Shown: positions 13,278-25,860, counted from the whole stretch's first letter. The stretch: 59,009 nucleotides of DNA, filler included, from Sphacelaria rigidula (GCA_964200075.2; 9 parts of 9 records of this genome joined end to end with filler, not necessarily neighbours in it), one strand, 5' to 3'. Notes: a model not told the origin generated them from the sequence alone. Program-made: numbers and translations.

Positions 13278-13729
13278 AGTAAGACTATCTTCTATGGCAA
13301 CGAATCTCGCTCTGTACAAATATGGGGGTTCCGGTCCGTCTACAGGCGATTTTCTCCCGTGGATTGATCTTTCAGACTCCAGCCCGTTGGGCGATGTTTT
13401 TCGGCAAACTGTGAGGAAACCAGATCGATTCTCCGGTTCTCTGCGCGTTGTCTTTTGATACATCACCTTTCTGCTCAAATGTGGCACTCCCGCATAAAAA
13501 ATCGGGGGAAATGCGGGAGTGTCCCGATTTGAGCAGGAAGGTGATGAACCGAAAGTGAGCGTCCAGAGGATCGGAGAATCCATCTGGTTTCCTCACAGCT
13601 TGCCGAAAAACATCGCCCAACGGACTGGGGTCCGAAAAATCTTTTCACGGGAGGAAGTCGCCTGTAGACGGACTGAAATTCTCATATTTGTACAAATCGA
13701 GATAGGTTGCCACAAAAGATGGTCTAACT
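13278..13729. repeat. About 450-bp foldback (inverted repeat, ~218-bp arms, 15-bp loop)
   Basis: Arms 13278-13495 and 13511-13729 are reverse complements. The ORF track shows GESIWFPHSLPKNIAQR on both strands. Confidence 0.92.
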
Positions 13730-14629
13730 CCTTCCGATTATGTAGAGACAAAGATTATCTACAGATCGCGACATATGTTGAAAAAACTCTCATTTGGAGC
13801 GAGGCTCGGCGTCTCATCTTCTCTCGGATTTCGGCAGAAATACTTGAATCCAGGTAAGTTCTTATAGTTCGAAGAGGTGCAAAACGCGAAATGAATGGGT
13901 CATTTTGAAATTCTTACTCTGCACAGGCATCAAATACAACCTGTTTTTTCTTGAGCGCTTGACAAAAATCATGTTTGGCACACTGCATCCATCAATCACA
14001 CTTCACCCGATTTTCATTGTATGACGAAGCTCTCTCCAGGACTGCAGGGATAAAAGTCCATGTTACCTACCTCCGACTACTACAAAACTGGTGTAGCACT
14101 GTACTACTATAGCCACAGAACAACCACTCAGTCGACATAGTCTATATTGCGCACGTGGGACGTCAATACTGTCCCCCTGCTACTGACTGCCGGGTTTTCC
14201 GGCCTGTTCCTGAACCACCGCGCTGGCTGTTCTGCCCCCTCCCCCTTCTGACCGTACCCCCCCTCTTCTGCTGTTTGTCAGTAGGCTCTAGTAAAACCCA
14301 CGAGCCGACCGCTGCGCTTACTCCCGTGCTTTATGCAGCCAACGGTAGTTTCATGCAACGCCCGCTCTGATCTTCAAGATGTATACATGGTAGTCGTGTA
14401 TTTCTTTCGTGTACTCCTGGCTTTTGCCGAGTGATCAGGCCACCAAACCACCCCATGCTCAGTCTCAACAACACTCCACGTTTCACTTGAGGAATTGTCT
14501 ACTGTACGAGTTTTTTACATATTGTCGTTGTCCATAGGGTATCCCAATGGAGATCAATGTTGTTTGCCAGTTCGAGAGAGGAGGCAGCTTGCTTGGGAAC
14601 CTGATATAGCCACGGTGGTGGTTGTGGAG

Positions 14630-14886
14630 GAGTGATCCTACGATAGGGGGGGAGGGGGGGGCATTTGATGGCACGAAAAAAGAGGCTCATAGGTGTGTCA
14701 GACGACCTGCCACACTCGCGTTGCGCCTGTATTAGGTTCAAAACGGTGTCAAACAGTATGAATGATCGTTATTTATCTGTAACAAAACTTTCGAACAACC
14801 ATTGCTGCTTTCAATGATAGTTTGACATGGAATCTCGTGCAAGAAACCGCCCAAAATACCCCCTCCTCCCTATCGTAGGATGACTC
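14630..14886. mobile_element. 257-bp MITE, GAG..CTC termini, 4-bp TSD GGAG (Sola-like)
   Basis: TIR GAGTGATCCTACGATAGGG / CCCTATCGTAGGATGACTC. GGAG at 14626-14629 and 14887-14890. Confidence 0.85.
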
Positions 14887-15193
14887 GGAGGCAGTTTCTT
14901 ATTATTCCGAGGTGCAGTGCATTTTTGCAGACTCTTACCTGCCGACCCCCTCGCGCTTTCCGACTTCTAATTCTTATTTTTCCCTTAAGTTCAGCACAAG
15001 TGCTTACCCCTGCATTCGTGATTTTTTTTTTAACGAGCGCGAGATTCTTAACTACGAAATCCCTAATCTGTCGCGCTCTGTATGTTTGTCCGCCATACTC
15101 CGCGATCACTCGACGGAGCGCTAGAAATTTCCCAAATATCATGTAGCACAACTATAATCTCTGTTCGGGGGTAGGTAATATGACCGGCGGCTC

Positions 15194-17133
15194 TCATCGC
15201 AATTTGCTTTTAGTCGCCGTTGCAGCAGAGACCCCATGTTCCTTCCGGTAGGCGTCTCGCTTCTCCGTCTCCCTCGCCAATCTATTTCTGAACCCACAAG
15301 CATCGTCTCGACGCCCAGGCTGCGTCCTCAGTATCGGCAAGCACCATCGATCGCCATCACTGTCCTCTTTCCCATTCCCGTTGCGACTGAATAGTTCAAT
15401 ACCATGACACTCCCCCCTAAAATAACACTTGTTACTACCCTGATCCTGATCTGCTCCCCCTAGCCCCGGCTCGAACGCAGGCGCCCGTGGCTCCCTGGTC
15501 TTTCGGTCCGAGACACCTCCAATCCCAATCTCGCCCACCCCCTTGTGGCGTCGACCGGTTTCAGTATTCCTAGTCACTATCCTGGTCAACATAGAGTCGA
15601 GTACGCGAAGACCACTACTACTACACATTCTGCTAGTTGTGGTTGAGGTTAGTGGGTCGTCATCCAGACCAGGTGCCTTCGACGTTGTCCAGATGTCGGC
15701 ATTGGAAAGCAGTGTTTCTACCGCCGGAACGATGAGATCGCTTGCCGCCCTATTTTTCCGCTCTTGCCCTCTACTCCGTCGCTGGGTGGTTTTGTCCGGC
15801 CTTCGAAGCGACATGAACAAATCGTCAAACTTGACTTCCTTCTTTCTCCGCACTGCTTTGAGAGACGAGTCTCGTGTTGGGTAGTGGTGGGGGTGATTCT
15901 GGTGGCGGTGGACGCCGCGGTCGCGAAGGCGGGGTGGCTTGTGCACTCCAGACAAAGGAAACCACTGCCGAGAAATTGTGTCGTTCACGGTAACGCCCGT
16001 GTTTGGCCACCTTCGATGACACGTACTTTTGTCCAATCCCCGACGATTTTGACGGCCGAGCGATAATTTCGCGAAATCTAGTGCATCCGCCTCCTGTAGC
16101 CATGCCGATGATCCAGCACTGCAACTCACTCCTCGCTTCATTCCTTGACTCAGTCGGACTGGCGCAGCAGCAGTAGCAGCGGCAGTGGAAGCGCTGTCCC
16201 TCCAAATCTCTCCTTCGGTACTACGACTCCCACAGGTGCTTTCCTCTCCCCGTCCTGTCCTTTTCCTTCCCTTCTTTTTTTCGGAACCATTTTCGGAATC
16301 ATCGCATTGACTGCATTTTCGACCCAGCAGTAGTTCTCTCAGCACCAACCCTTCCTTTGATTGAAGGACACTTGCCGCTGCTCGAGTATGTTGTGATTTC
16401 GCGTTGTGTTCCAGCAAAGCCTTCAAAGCATTTAGAGCCGCATCAGGAGACGGAAAAGGATATGACACGACGCCGGCAGGACCCTTCTGACGATCTCCCA
16501 CATCTTTCCAAATGGGTCCAGGCGACACGGGATCGAATCTCGACTGGTTTTTACCGACGCTGTCTTTGCACAGAAGAGACTGCTTCCCATGAGAGGTATC
16601 GGACCCGCCATATTCGTTGTTTGGTACATGTTCGGATTTCACATCGAGATTGGTTTGTTTTCCCGCGTTTTTCGCGCGTTCCACGTCCGAAATGGTAGAT
16701 GCCTTCGTTTCTGCCCCCGGTAACAACTCAACACCGATGTCGCACGATGCCAGTGCTCTCTCCATGGAAGTCGCGGGACCCGCCGATGCTTTTCGTTTGA
16801 TGTGAGGCAGGATCCCCCGGGGCTTGGCTTCCCACCCTTCGAGGCCGCACTCCGTCCAGTCGGCTGGCATCAACTCTCGCACCGATGGAATGAAAGGCTT
16901 CGTTGCTTCTTGAGGGAGTGCATGTCGCTGGATGTGTGGCGGAGGGTTGAACAAATCCTGGAAGAAGATAATGTGCAAGTTATGTAGGAGGATAGGTATG
17001 TTTGGTGTTGGCGAACCCCCTCCGGTTTGTTTTGAATCATCTCGTATCATACGCGTCCATGCTTCGCTGCGTCCATGACTACCGTTCGGTTCAACGTGAT
17101 TAAGAGAGCCTTGCATTATCGTGCAATTTTCAC
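15194..17133 (-). CDS. Large exon of an uncharacterised, low-complexity basic protein
   Basis: Core of the 671-aa ORF 15194-17209. The ORF's first ~19 codons lie inside a foldback repeat, so the real start is probably an acceptor (CCAAG| at 17134/17133). No domain recognised. Confidence 0.6.
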
Positions 17134-17152
17134 CTTGGATACCATATATATG

Positions 17153-17445
17153 TGGGATATTCGTCTGGGATATCATATCCATATGGAATATCGTGTCGAT
17201 CTGGAACATCCATCTAGGATACAGCGTCTATCTGGGATGTCCATTTAGAGTAGTCACCCGAAAGATGCATCTGGGATGTCCACATCTCTAGTGAACATCC
17301 TAGATTGGCCTGATATTCCAAGTGGGCCTTCCAGATGGACAGCGATAACCCAGATGGATTTCGCAGATCGACACGGTATCTCAGATGGATGTCCCTGACG
17401 GATAGGATGTCTCAGATCGATATTCCTGATAGATATGATGTCCCA
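17153..17445. repeat. About 290-bp imperfect foldback built from ATCCATCTGGG/CCCAGATGGAT motifs
   Basis: GTGTCGATCTG..ATCCATCT in the left arm pairs with AGATGGAT..CAGATCGACAC in the right arm. Motif orientation flips near 17280-17295. Confidence 0.8.
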
Positions 17446-17695
17446 GGTGGAGGTTTCACGATAATGCCAGGCTGTGCTAATTAAGAGCCTTCTGCTTCCG
17501 CATGATCGGCTACTGCGTACATTGAGGGCATCAGACTTAATTCTAGACTCCCATCTTCTACGCCACACAAAGGTATGGTGGGTATGTGCCATAGGCACCA
17601 ACCATCGACTGTATGGCATGCTCGGTCGCGCGTTCTCATTGGGTCATGCCCGCTCCAAATGATGTTCCGCATGGATCCCAAACTCTAGTTTATAC

Positions 17696-17935
17696 CTGCA
17701 TGGCCGCTGTCCAGCCCAAAACAGGAGGTTGGCAGAAGCTTCTAACACCATTCACGTCGAGAACTCTCTTGTGTTGGCCTCCGTCAATCACGCCCATTCC
17801 CTTGTCTTGCCCTATGGTTGGGAACGGTTGCTTAACAGGCCTCCTCCAAGCCTTTGGCGGGAGTGGACCATCACTCTGGGGACAAGCACTTGGCTCGTCT
17901 GATGTAGCCGCCACTACACTAGAAACATCCGGAAT
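17696..17935 (-). CDS. Putative internal exon (80 codons)
   Basis: Pyrimidine tract + TTTACAG| acceptor, CAG|GTATAA donor, only one open frame (IPDVSSVV..TAAMQ), phase 0/0. Confidence 0.55.
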
Positions 17936-18018
17936 CTGTAAACCGCATAAAAGAGACGCGCGGGAACGACATAAATGCACGGATCTCTTCGGCCGTGTGC
18001 ATCCCCGTGGCATCCGTG

Positions 18019-18199
18019 GTCGTTCGCCTGACATATATGTCGTACTCGATTTTACTACTCTTCCGTTTGGCTTATCTCGACCACAACACGATTTGTAGGA
18101 CGACCGCGTGTCGTTCTTCTGACATGCATGTCGTACTCGAATTTCCCCTGTCCCGCTTGACTTATTTCGACTAGAACACGATTTGTAGGACGACCGCGT
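18019..18199. repeat. Two tandem copies of a ~90-bp unit
   Basis: GTCGTTC..CTGACAT..ATGTCGTACTCGA..AACACGATTTGTAGGACGACCGCGT is repeated. Confidence 0.85.
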
Positions 18200-18315
18200 G
18201 CTGCTACGCACACCTTGTGAGGAGTTCAAAGCGTATACAATAAATTGTAACGTACGATGCAAGTGGCAAGGGTTTCGATGGCTGTCAAGAAAAACGAACG
18301 GTGTGACGAAAGAAA

Positions 18316-18524
18316 CTACTACTACCACTACCACCACCACTATCATCACCACCACCACTACTAGTGCTATTAATACGACGACGATGATGACTACTTCGAC
18401 TACTACTACGACTATCACGACTAATCGACTATTACTAATATTCTTACTAGCACTAATGTCTTATTGCTCTTTCACCACTACATCACCACTGCTGCCAGTG
18501 ATACTATTGCTGCTGCCGCTGTTT

Positions 18525-18563
<39 letters not shown>
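18316..18563. repeat. Compound trinucleotide microsatellite (ACT/ACC/ACG, then CTG)
   Basis: Directly visible. Confidence 0.9.
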
Positions 18564-18564
<1 letters not shown>

Positions 18565-18605
18565 AAATTTTACTTGCCCCTTTAGGGACTGATCTTAATA
18601 CGTAC

Positions 18606-18709
18606 CTCGGGGCATGATAGGCACTCAAGTCGAGGAAGTACGTCTGAAGGCGGTGCCGTCCACGCACCGATCACAACCCGCGCTGGTGGCTCTGGTGACG
18701 GCTGTGGGA
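18606..18709 (-). CDS. Putative internal exon upstream of 17696-17935
   Basis: TGTACAG| acceptor and GAG|GTACGT donor. PQPSPEPPARVVIGAWTAPPSDVLPRLECLSCPE ends in phase 0, matching the next exon. Confidence 0.5.
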
Positions 18710-20170
18710 CTGTACAGACGGTGGCAAGCAACGTATGCTGTAAAGTCAGAACGTCTGGATATTGACCCCAGCTGTATCACCCATCGCTATTGTCGTCAAT
18801 GCACTCTACTCCGGATTTGAGGTGCTCTCAAATCCGGAGCGAAGAATCCAATATATATATATATATATATGACTACCGAGGGCTTTGAAATTCCATGCCG
18901 TGTTGTAGAGTTTCCCCTAATCTCCGGCTTCGTCGTGATTTGTGAATGGCAATGGGCTGGGCGTCGAAGAAGGCACCTATGTTTTCGCTTTGTTGTCATC
19001 AACACGCACACCAGCTCTCCGGACAATCGAGGAAGCATCTAATTATGTTGACCGCTTTCGGAAGTTTACCCCCAACTGCCACCAGTAGCCCACACTCTGT
19101 GTGCTGGCACAACGTGAACACGGTGAATTTACCAACCTCTGCCAGAGTGCGCGATGCTTGCCTGATCGCCGTATGTGCTGTTGCCATTCGTACTATTTGC
19201 CCCAGAGGGAATGTATCGCCTGTTTTTCTGGGATCGCATTGTATCGTGGTCTACCGCGTTATCCCATCGACTGGTGGGTTGCAATGATGCCAGCGACACA
19301 TATATTCCCAAATCTGTCAATAAGGTCGAGCTTGTGAAGTTCATGCTCCACATCACACGGTGTCTCGTTGCCACACATGTACGGAAACATCGTATTTACG
19401 AGCAACCGGTCATAGCCTTTTCTTTTTTTTTTCCCTCACACTTTCAACCCCTCCCCTTCCTCGAAATGAGTCCGTGGTCTCAAGGGATCAACCCATCTCT
19501 CCCCGGTACGTGCCTTATTTTTTTAATCTCGCGGATTGGATCAGCACTCCCGCACCGCGTCAACTCACGTCACACAAACCCAGTCGACTACTTCTGTTTA
19601 CTCANNNNNNNNNNNNNNNNNNNNNNNNNNNNNNNNNNNNNNNNNNNNTTAATTAATTAANNNNNNNNNNNNNNNNNNNNNNNNNNNNNNNNNNNNNNNN
19701 NNNNAATTCAGCATACTTACAGCAAGTTCTACGGAGATACAGCAACCCGTGTACTAGTCAGATCCTTCTCTTGGTTGCACCTGTACTGCTACTGCTGTTA
19801 CTGCCCAGACTGAGACTAGTTGCTGCAATTGTCAACACAAGTAAATCTGTGTCTGATTGCTTGCATTCATACATACCATTTCCCTGACACGACCCCTCGA
19901 TCAGGCAACTAGTCCAAGATAATAGAGGGAGCATTGCGAAGCTTGCCAACTGCCTCGACCCCTTGGCTAGTATCGTATCAAAGGTATTCTACCACACACG
20001 ACCGATCCCTGATCATGAAAAAAGATACACCAGGTATAACGACTCGTCCAGTCATCATCCTCCTCGATACCTTAGTTGGCTACGTATCAAAACTAAAGAG
20101 ACAAAAACACTTGTCCGGGGGAGACCTTTTGCGCCTATCCAATTCTACATGACTGTTTCACGTCCTTTAT

Positions 20171-21646
20171 TCAACAACTGAAGTCCTTGATCTGTTTCAC
20201 AATTGAAGCGAAACGGTGCTTCGGTAGATGCTTCGTTGCCAAGTCAGCGAGCTGTTTCTCGCTGGGCTGGTGATGGAGCCTGATCTGACTCCGCTTCATG
20301 AGCTCCCTCACGAAGAAGTAGCGGAGTGCTATGTGCTTGGTACGAGAGCTGAACATAGCATTCCCTGCGACAGTCAAAGCTCCGGTGCTGTCGCTGTTGA
20401 TAGGTACCGATCCGAAGGTCTCGAATCCAAGTTCCCTCATGAAGTTTGAGAGATACACCGCTTCCCTGGCACCAAAGCTAAGCGCTTGAATCTCAGCTCC
20501 GACTGTGCTCTGCGCGGTGAAAGACTGAGTCTTGGATCCGAAGCTGATGAGTCCCCCTCCCAGAAAGAAGAGGTATCCTGTCGTGGATTTCCCGTTGTCT
20601 GGGTTTGCTCCAAAGGATAAGTCGGTGAATGCCGTGAGTCGGAATTGTCCCTGCTTGTAGACGATGGGAAGATCCGGGGCGCCGCGAAGGTATCGTAGCA
20701 CATGCTTGGCTGCAGTCAGGTGCACCTGTGCTGGGTTGTGGCATGCTCTCGTCAGTTGGTGAGCTGCATAACACAGGTCGTATTTTGTGCATTGAGCAAG
20801 GTAAAGCAGGCTCCCCGTGATGAACTGGTACAATTTCTTGTCTACGGCTCCAAGAAGCTGATCTTGAGGTTGATGCGTGGAGAGCTCACCTCCGTATCCT
20901 GGCGTGCTAACCGAATTGGCCTCTTGCATTCCAAATCGTTCCAGAATCGTGTCGACGTAGTGCTCTTGCGAGATAGCCATCGTCCCGCGTTCGTAGTCCC
21001 TCTGGACCTCGATGCCGAGAAAGCGCTTGGCTTCTCCCATTTCGGTCATCTCAAACCGATCCGTGAGTTCCTTCTTCTTCTTCTTGACCAAGTCCTGATC
21101 CTTTCCAGTGATGAAGATGTCGTCGACGGTGAGGATTATCAGAGTGTCGCCGCCTCCGTAGACATATACGCAGGGGTCTGACTGCGTACGTTTCCATTCG
21201 AACACGACGAGTGCTTCGTCCAGAGTGTCGTTCCACAAAGACGGGGACTGTGACAATCTGTAGAGGCTACGCTCTAGCTTGTAAACTACTGGCTCGCCTG
21301 TCGCGGGGTCCTTGAGCCTGTCGCCTGGGGCGGGTTTGACGTACACCTCTCTGTCGCAGTGAGCGTTCAAGAATGCCACCACCATGTCTATTTGATAAAC
21401 TGGCCATCCTTTGTCGCAGGCTGTGGCCAGCACCATACGAATGCTCCCAGGACGACATACTGGCGCGTAACTCCCCCCGTACTCATGTCCTGCTTCTTGC
21501 AGGTGTCCATCGACGACCAAGTTTGCTTTGAAACGACCATCCACCTTTTGCTTGAAGACGAACTTTGTGAGAAGGATCGTTTCTTCCTTGGGCACGCTAC
21601 TAAGTGGAACGCGGTTGTAGACGTGGTGTTTCTGTAGGCTGTCCAT
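20171..21646 (-). pseudogene. Copia reverse transcriptase + RNase H
   Basis: KVDGRFKANLVV, QIDMVVAFLNA, YKLERSLYRLSQSP..W, RNase H motifs KSTTGYLF and RTKHIALRYFFVRE. The catalytic YVDD is damaged (ILTVDD). Confidence 0.95.
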
Positions 21647-22406
21647 CTATTTCCCGCATGCGCCTTTCCATTCCTTGTGTTGAGGGGAGTCCGTGGCTTC
21701 GGCGTAGGTGCTGGGAATCTTGATCGCTTGTTTTGTCTCTTCCAAGAGTCCTTTCAGAGTACTGCTCGTGGCGTACACGTAAGTCCGAGAATTTAGAAAA
21801 GGGTCTTCATCAAAATGGGCGAAATCCTCGACGTCACCAGTGCACGGGCGGTGTGCTTATTCGGCAATCTCCGCCAACTGGGCAGAAGTGAGGCCTGTGG
21901 GACCGATTCGGCTGACGGCCAAGTGGGAGCGGCCACTGCCCTTCATGTTCACTTCCAGAGAGCTTGGAACAAGATCAAGGTCGACAGGATCGTCGTGAGT
22001 CGGATTCCTGCGTGTGGCAGCGCGAGTCACCTCAAAGCGTCGCATGCCCGACGGGGCAGCCGATGGCTCCGGCGACCCTCCAGCTATTGTAGCGTTTCCG
22101 TCGTTGTTCAGCGTCGTTGATGACCCCGGTATGGTTGATCCATGTTCCGGAGATGGAGAATCCGAAGGACTCTGGCCACTGTCGGAGGCGAGATGATCAT
22201 CATATCCAGCATCGCTTGCTGCATCAAAGCGCCGCTCTTCCCGAGCGATGTTGTCTCGTTGCATGCTCCTGATTTCCTGCCGAAGAAGCTCGTTCTGGGT
22301 CTGGAAGTCCAACTCGTCAACGTGCGATCCACTGAAGTCATCAGTCAATCCGTCGTTCCCAAGCAAGGAAGTGAAGCTCAGGACATCACTTTCGTAGCTA
22401 TGGTCT

Positions 22407-24180
22407 TCATCGGAGAATTGCTAGGGGACGGTCCGAGCCGGTGTTTCGATGAAAGTCACATTTCGGCTCTCGACCACTGTCCGTTAGATGGGTTGTAGAC
22501 GCGGTAGTCTTGCTGTCCAGTCCGAATCCGCAGAGTTTTCCCTCGGAAGCCCTGTCTTCCAGCTTCTTCTTGTACCGCTCGTGATGGACAAATGCGCGGG
22601 CTCCGATAACGCGAGGTCGTGAGAGGTCGGGCGTCTTGTTATACATCCTCGAGTACGGCGTAGCTCCTCCTAACGCCGAGTGCGGCGATCTGTTGGCTAG
22701 ATATGCCGCAGTGAGCATCAATTCGCCCTACATGAACGGCGAAAAGTCTCCATCTCGTAAGAGACACCTTGTGATCCCTGTCAGGGTCTGGCCGTCTCTC
22801 TCTGACACACCGATTTGTTGAGGGGTATCGGTGGCGGCGTACTCGATCTTGATTCCGGAGTCCTTGTAGTAGGTGCGGAGCTCCTCCCCGGTGTTCTTTC
22901 CTCCTTTGTCGCATCGGATAATTTCAATGCGGACTAATGCCAAGATAGCCCCCCCCATAAAAAGTGCATCGGCACCATCCAACGAACCGGTTGCGATCTC
23001 ACCATTGGGCTCGTTTGCAGCAATTTCGCCCACATGAGAGGAGTGTAGCAGTCTGAAATCAGCTACAACGCCCAAATCAGTCGCATCGTGCAGCACGAAA
23101 CCAGCTTTAACGGCAGTTATGATCATTACCTCCGTGCACGGTTTTGGCTGGTTTAGGGGGGGGCTATCTCGGCAGCAGCCTGCGGTAGCCCCCGGCAGCC
23201 GCCACTTGCATGTTGTAGGCGTAAAGGGCTTCCGTTGTCTCGGTCTTGTGGCAAAGCAGGAATACTTCCTTCATTCTTGAGTAACCATCGGTGAACTTGC
23301 ACACATAGGAGAATGTGCCTCCTTTCGACCTCGCAGGTGGCTGGAGCGGTCCCATGTTGTCGATGTATACCAGTTGTCCTGGTCGAGACAGCTCGCGAGT
23401 GGTCTTCTTCGGATGAGAAGACTGCTTGTGCTTGGCGATCTTGCATACGTCGCAGGGTGATGGTTTGTCCTGGTATTCGACGCCGGTGCCTTTTTGCCGG
23501 CGTAAGATGTCCATGCTGCGCTGATTGAGGTGTCCAAGTCTTCGGTGCCAAATGTTTGCGCTTACCGCGAGAGAACATACCGCCCTGGGTTTGTTGACCA
23601 GCGTTGTGGTCTCGGGTCTTCCGAAGGCGCTCGGTCCGGCCTCCTTCCTCGGTGGCTTGGAGACGGATGTCGCAGGTGTGATGTTTTCCTCGAGGCCGAG
23701 GTCCAGTGTCCGCATCCCTTGGTCTCGCGGATCCTGTGTGAGAGATACGACTGCGCCATGTATTGTGGGGTGTGGAGTGTTCTCTTCGACGACGAATCTA
23801 AGTCCCTTCTTCAGAAGCGATCTGGGCGAGAAGATGTTGCGTCCCAGACCTGGAACGATGAGGCCCTGTATTCGCACTGGCAGTTGATGCCCATTGTCGT
23901 CCTTGATTGTGCAGTGTAGGATCCCTGTCGCCGTTCCTTTCAGTTGACCCTGACCCGCTACTGCGATAATCTTCGGCATGGAGCGCTCCTTGTAATCGCG
24001 GATGTGTCTCCTCGAGATGAGTCTGTCATCGAACATGGTCCCTGATGCGCCCGAGTCTACCAGAAACGGCGTTCTTGTGGCGCTCGCCGTGAAGCTCCAT
24101 CCTCTATTCGGAGAGCACGTAGCGAACATGAAGCCGCCGTCGAAGTCGTCCTCTTCGCGGGTGAAGTCGATAGGTGCCTT
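22407..24180 (-). pseudogene. Copia protease, GAG-pre-integrase and integrase core (split by a MITE and frameshifts)
   Basis: FLVDSGAS; WHRRLGH..C..C; LVYIDNMGP; IRCDKGG; TPQQIGVSER; AAYLANRSP. Confidence 0.93.
22932..23180. mobile_element. 249-bp MITE with 4-bp TSD TGCG inside the Copia integrase
   Basis: TIRs GACTAATGCCAAGATAGCCCCCCC / GGGGGGGCTATCTCGGCAGCAGCC. TGCG at 22928-22931 and 23181-23184. Excision restores AAAGGYRIEIIRCDKGG. Confidence 0.9.
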
Positions 24181-24239
24181 CTCGTCGCTCGTTTCTTTGC
24201 TTGTCGAAAATGATGCCAGTGAGCGCAGTGCGAGCATGC

Positions 24240-25169
24240 CGAGAATGCCTTGCTTGCTTCTTTCGTCTCTTCGGGTCGCTTTGCTCCTTGCTTGTAGTAT
24301 TCTTCGTCCGAGTGGGCCGTGGTGTTGTGGATGGCGCACCATTTTGTAGCTCCAGCAGGCTTCGTTTTCTTTTTCCCTTTGGGCGTGAACCTCGGGCAGT
24401 TCCTCCTGATGTGCCCGGTTTCGTTGCAGTCGTGACAGACCACTTCAGACACCGCAGTAGTCATTGCAAATCCTCGACCGGTGATTCGCCCGTTCGAGCC
24501 TTTGCGTGATTGCGCGTCCATAAAAATGTTGCGCAATGTCGATGGCATTTGTAGCACGTCGAACGTGGGGTCGCGAAACACCGTCATCTTGACGTCGTTG
24601 TACTCGTCGGAGAAGCCTTGCACGCAGATGTCCTTGAATCGACGATCGGAGGTAGTTTTCCCCATTTTCTCGATCTGTGCGCAAAGAAGATGTTTCTGGT
24701 TGAAGTAGTCGTCGGGGTTCTCACCAGTGTTCATAGGGGAGTTCTCCAGCTCCGACATCTTTTCTCGAATCACCTCATCGTTCACTCTGTCGTAGTTGCT
24801 GCAGAGCTCTTTGAAGGCTGCCTATCCGTCGCCGCTGATCCCGCTGTCATCTTCATGCTTGTGTACCGACAAGGCGACCGGTAGTTCGACGAGTAGAGAC
24901 AGGATGGCGTAGAGATCTTCGTTCGACCTTGTGTATGCCTCAACAGCTTCGGTATCACTTGGATCTGGCTTCTTTTCATCCTTGAGGAGTGACACAATGC
25001 CCCTCCGTGTTACTCCCAAGACAACGCACAGCTTCTTCATCCAGTTCTTGAACTCAGCCGGATACTTTCCGTCGAACTTCTTGAGCCCTCTGATGACGTT
25101 GCCCAGGTTGGTGGAGCTATCGGCTCCGACAGCTATGCCGCCTCCGAAATTTCTTGAAGTTTCAGTCAT
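24240..25169 (-). pseudogene. Copia gag with zinc knuckles
   Basis: KFDGK..AEFKNW; GENPDDYF; CHDCNETGHIRRNC and WCAIHNTTAHSDEE; one frameshift near 24800. Confidence 0.9.
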
Positions 25170-25279
25170 TGTTCGCCTCCAGCGAAGACTTTGCGATCTT
25201 CGTCTCCTGTTTTGCTGAGTAGATCTACCTCCTGCCGCAGGAGTGTGATTTCTCGCGGTAAAGTATGTACCCGAGGCTT

Positions 25280-25495
25280 CCCGACCCCGCTCCTGCTAGT
25301 GATGTAGAGGACTCTGGTTGTAGGTCGTCTTCCCGATCCCGATCCTGCTAACGATGTAGAGGACTCCGGTTGTTGATCGTCTTTTCCCGATCCCGCTCCT
25401 GCTAGTGATATAGAGGACTCCGGTTGTTGGTCGTCTTCCCGTTCCCGCTCCTGCTATAACAATGTAGAGGACTCCGGTTGTTGATCGTCTTTTCC
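25280..25495. repeat. Four tandem 52-55-bp units in the Copia 5' leader
   Basis: Consensus CCCGATCCCGCTCCTGCTAGTGATGTAGAGGACTCCGGTTGTTGGTCGTCTT. Confidence 0.9.
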
Positions 25496-25860
25496 ACTGC
25501 TGTGTAGATACACCAGTAGTCGTGTTTCCTTCTGCCGCAGAAGAACTTGCTCGAAGCGTAAGAAACTCGAGGCTTTCCCACGCGACGCGAACTTGCTGAT
25601 GGCTCACCGCAGATGCACCCAGTACTGCCGCAGTAGTGGTCATGTGTGTATATCAAAGATAAATTCCCAGCACCCTGGTGTAGATGACCAAATTTGCGCG
25701 CTTACATTCGTTGCTGTTGACCGCTGACGGCGCCGCCATCTCCGGAGATCTTCGAGACCAAATATTTCTCGTGTCCACAGACCAATTTTCATATGCAGCG
25801 AGAAGGCTTGTCTTGACCTTCCCGTGATGTCCGCAGCTCGTGGTGTACGCGTTTAAGCGA

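Noticed and set aside
25280..25495. CRISPR-like array
   Set aside because: The units are contiguous with no unique spacers, there are no cas genes, and the context is a eukaryotic retroelement leader.
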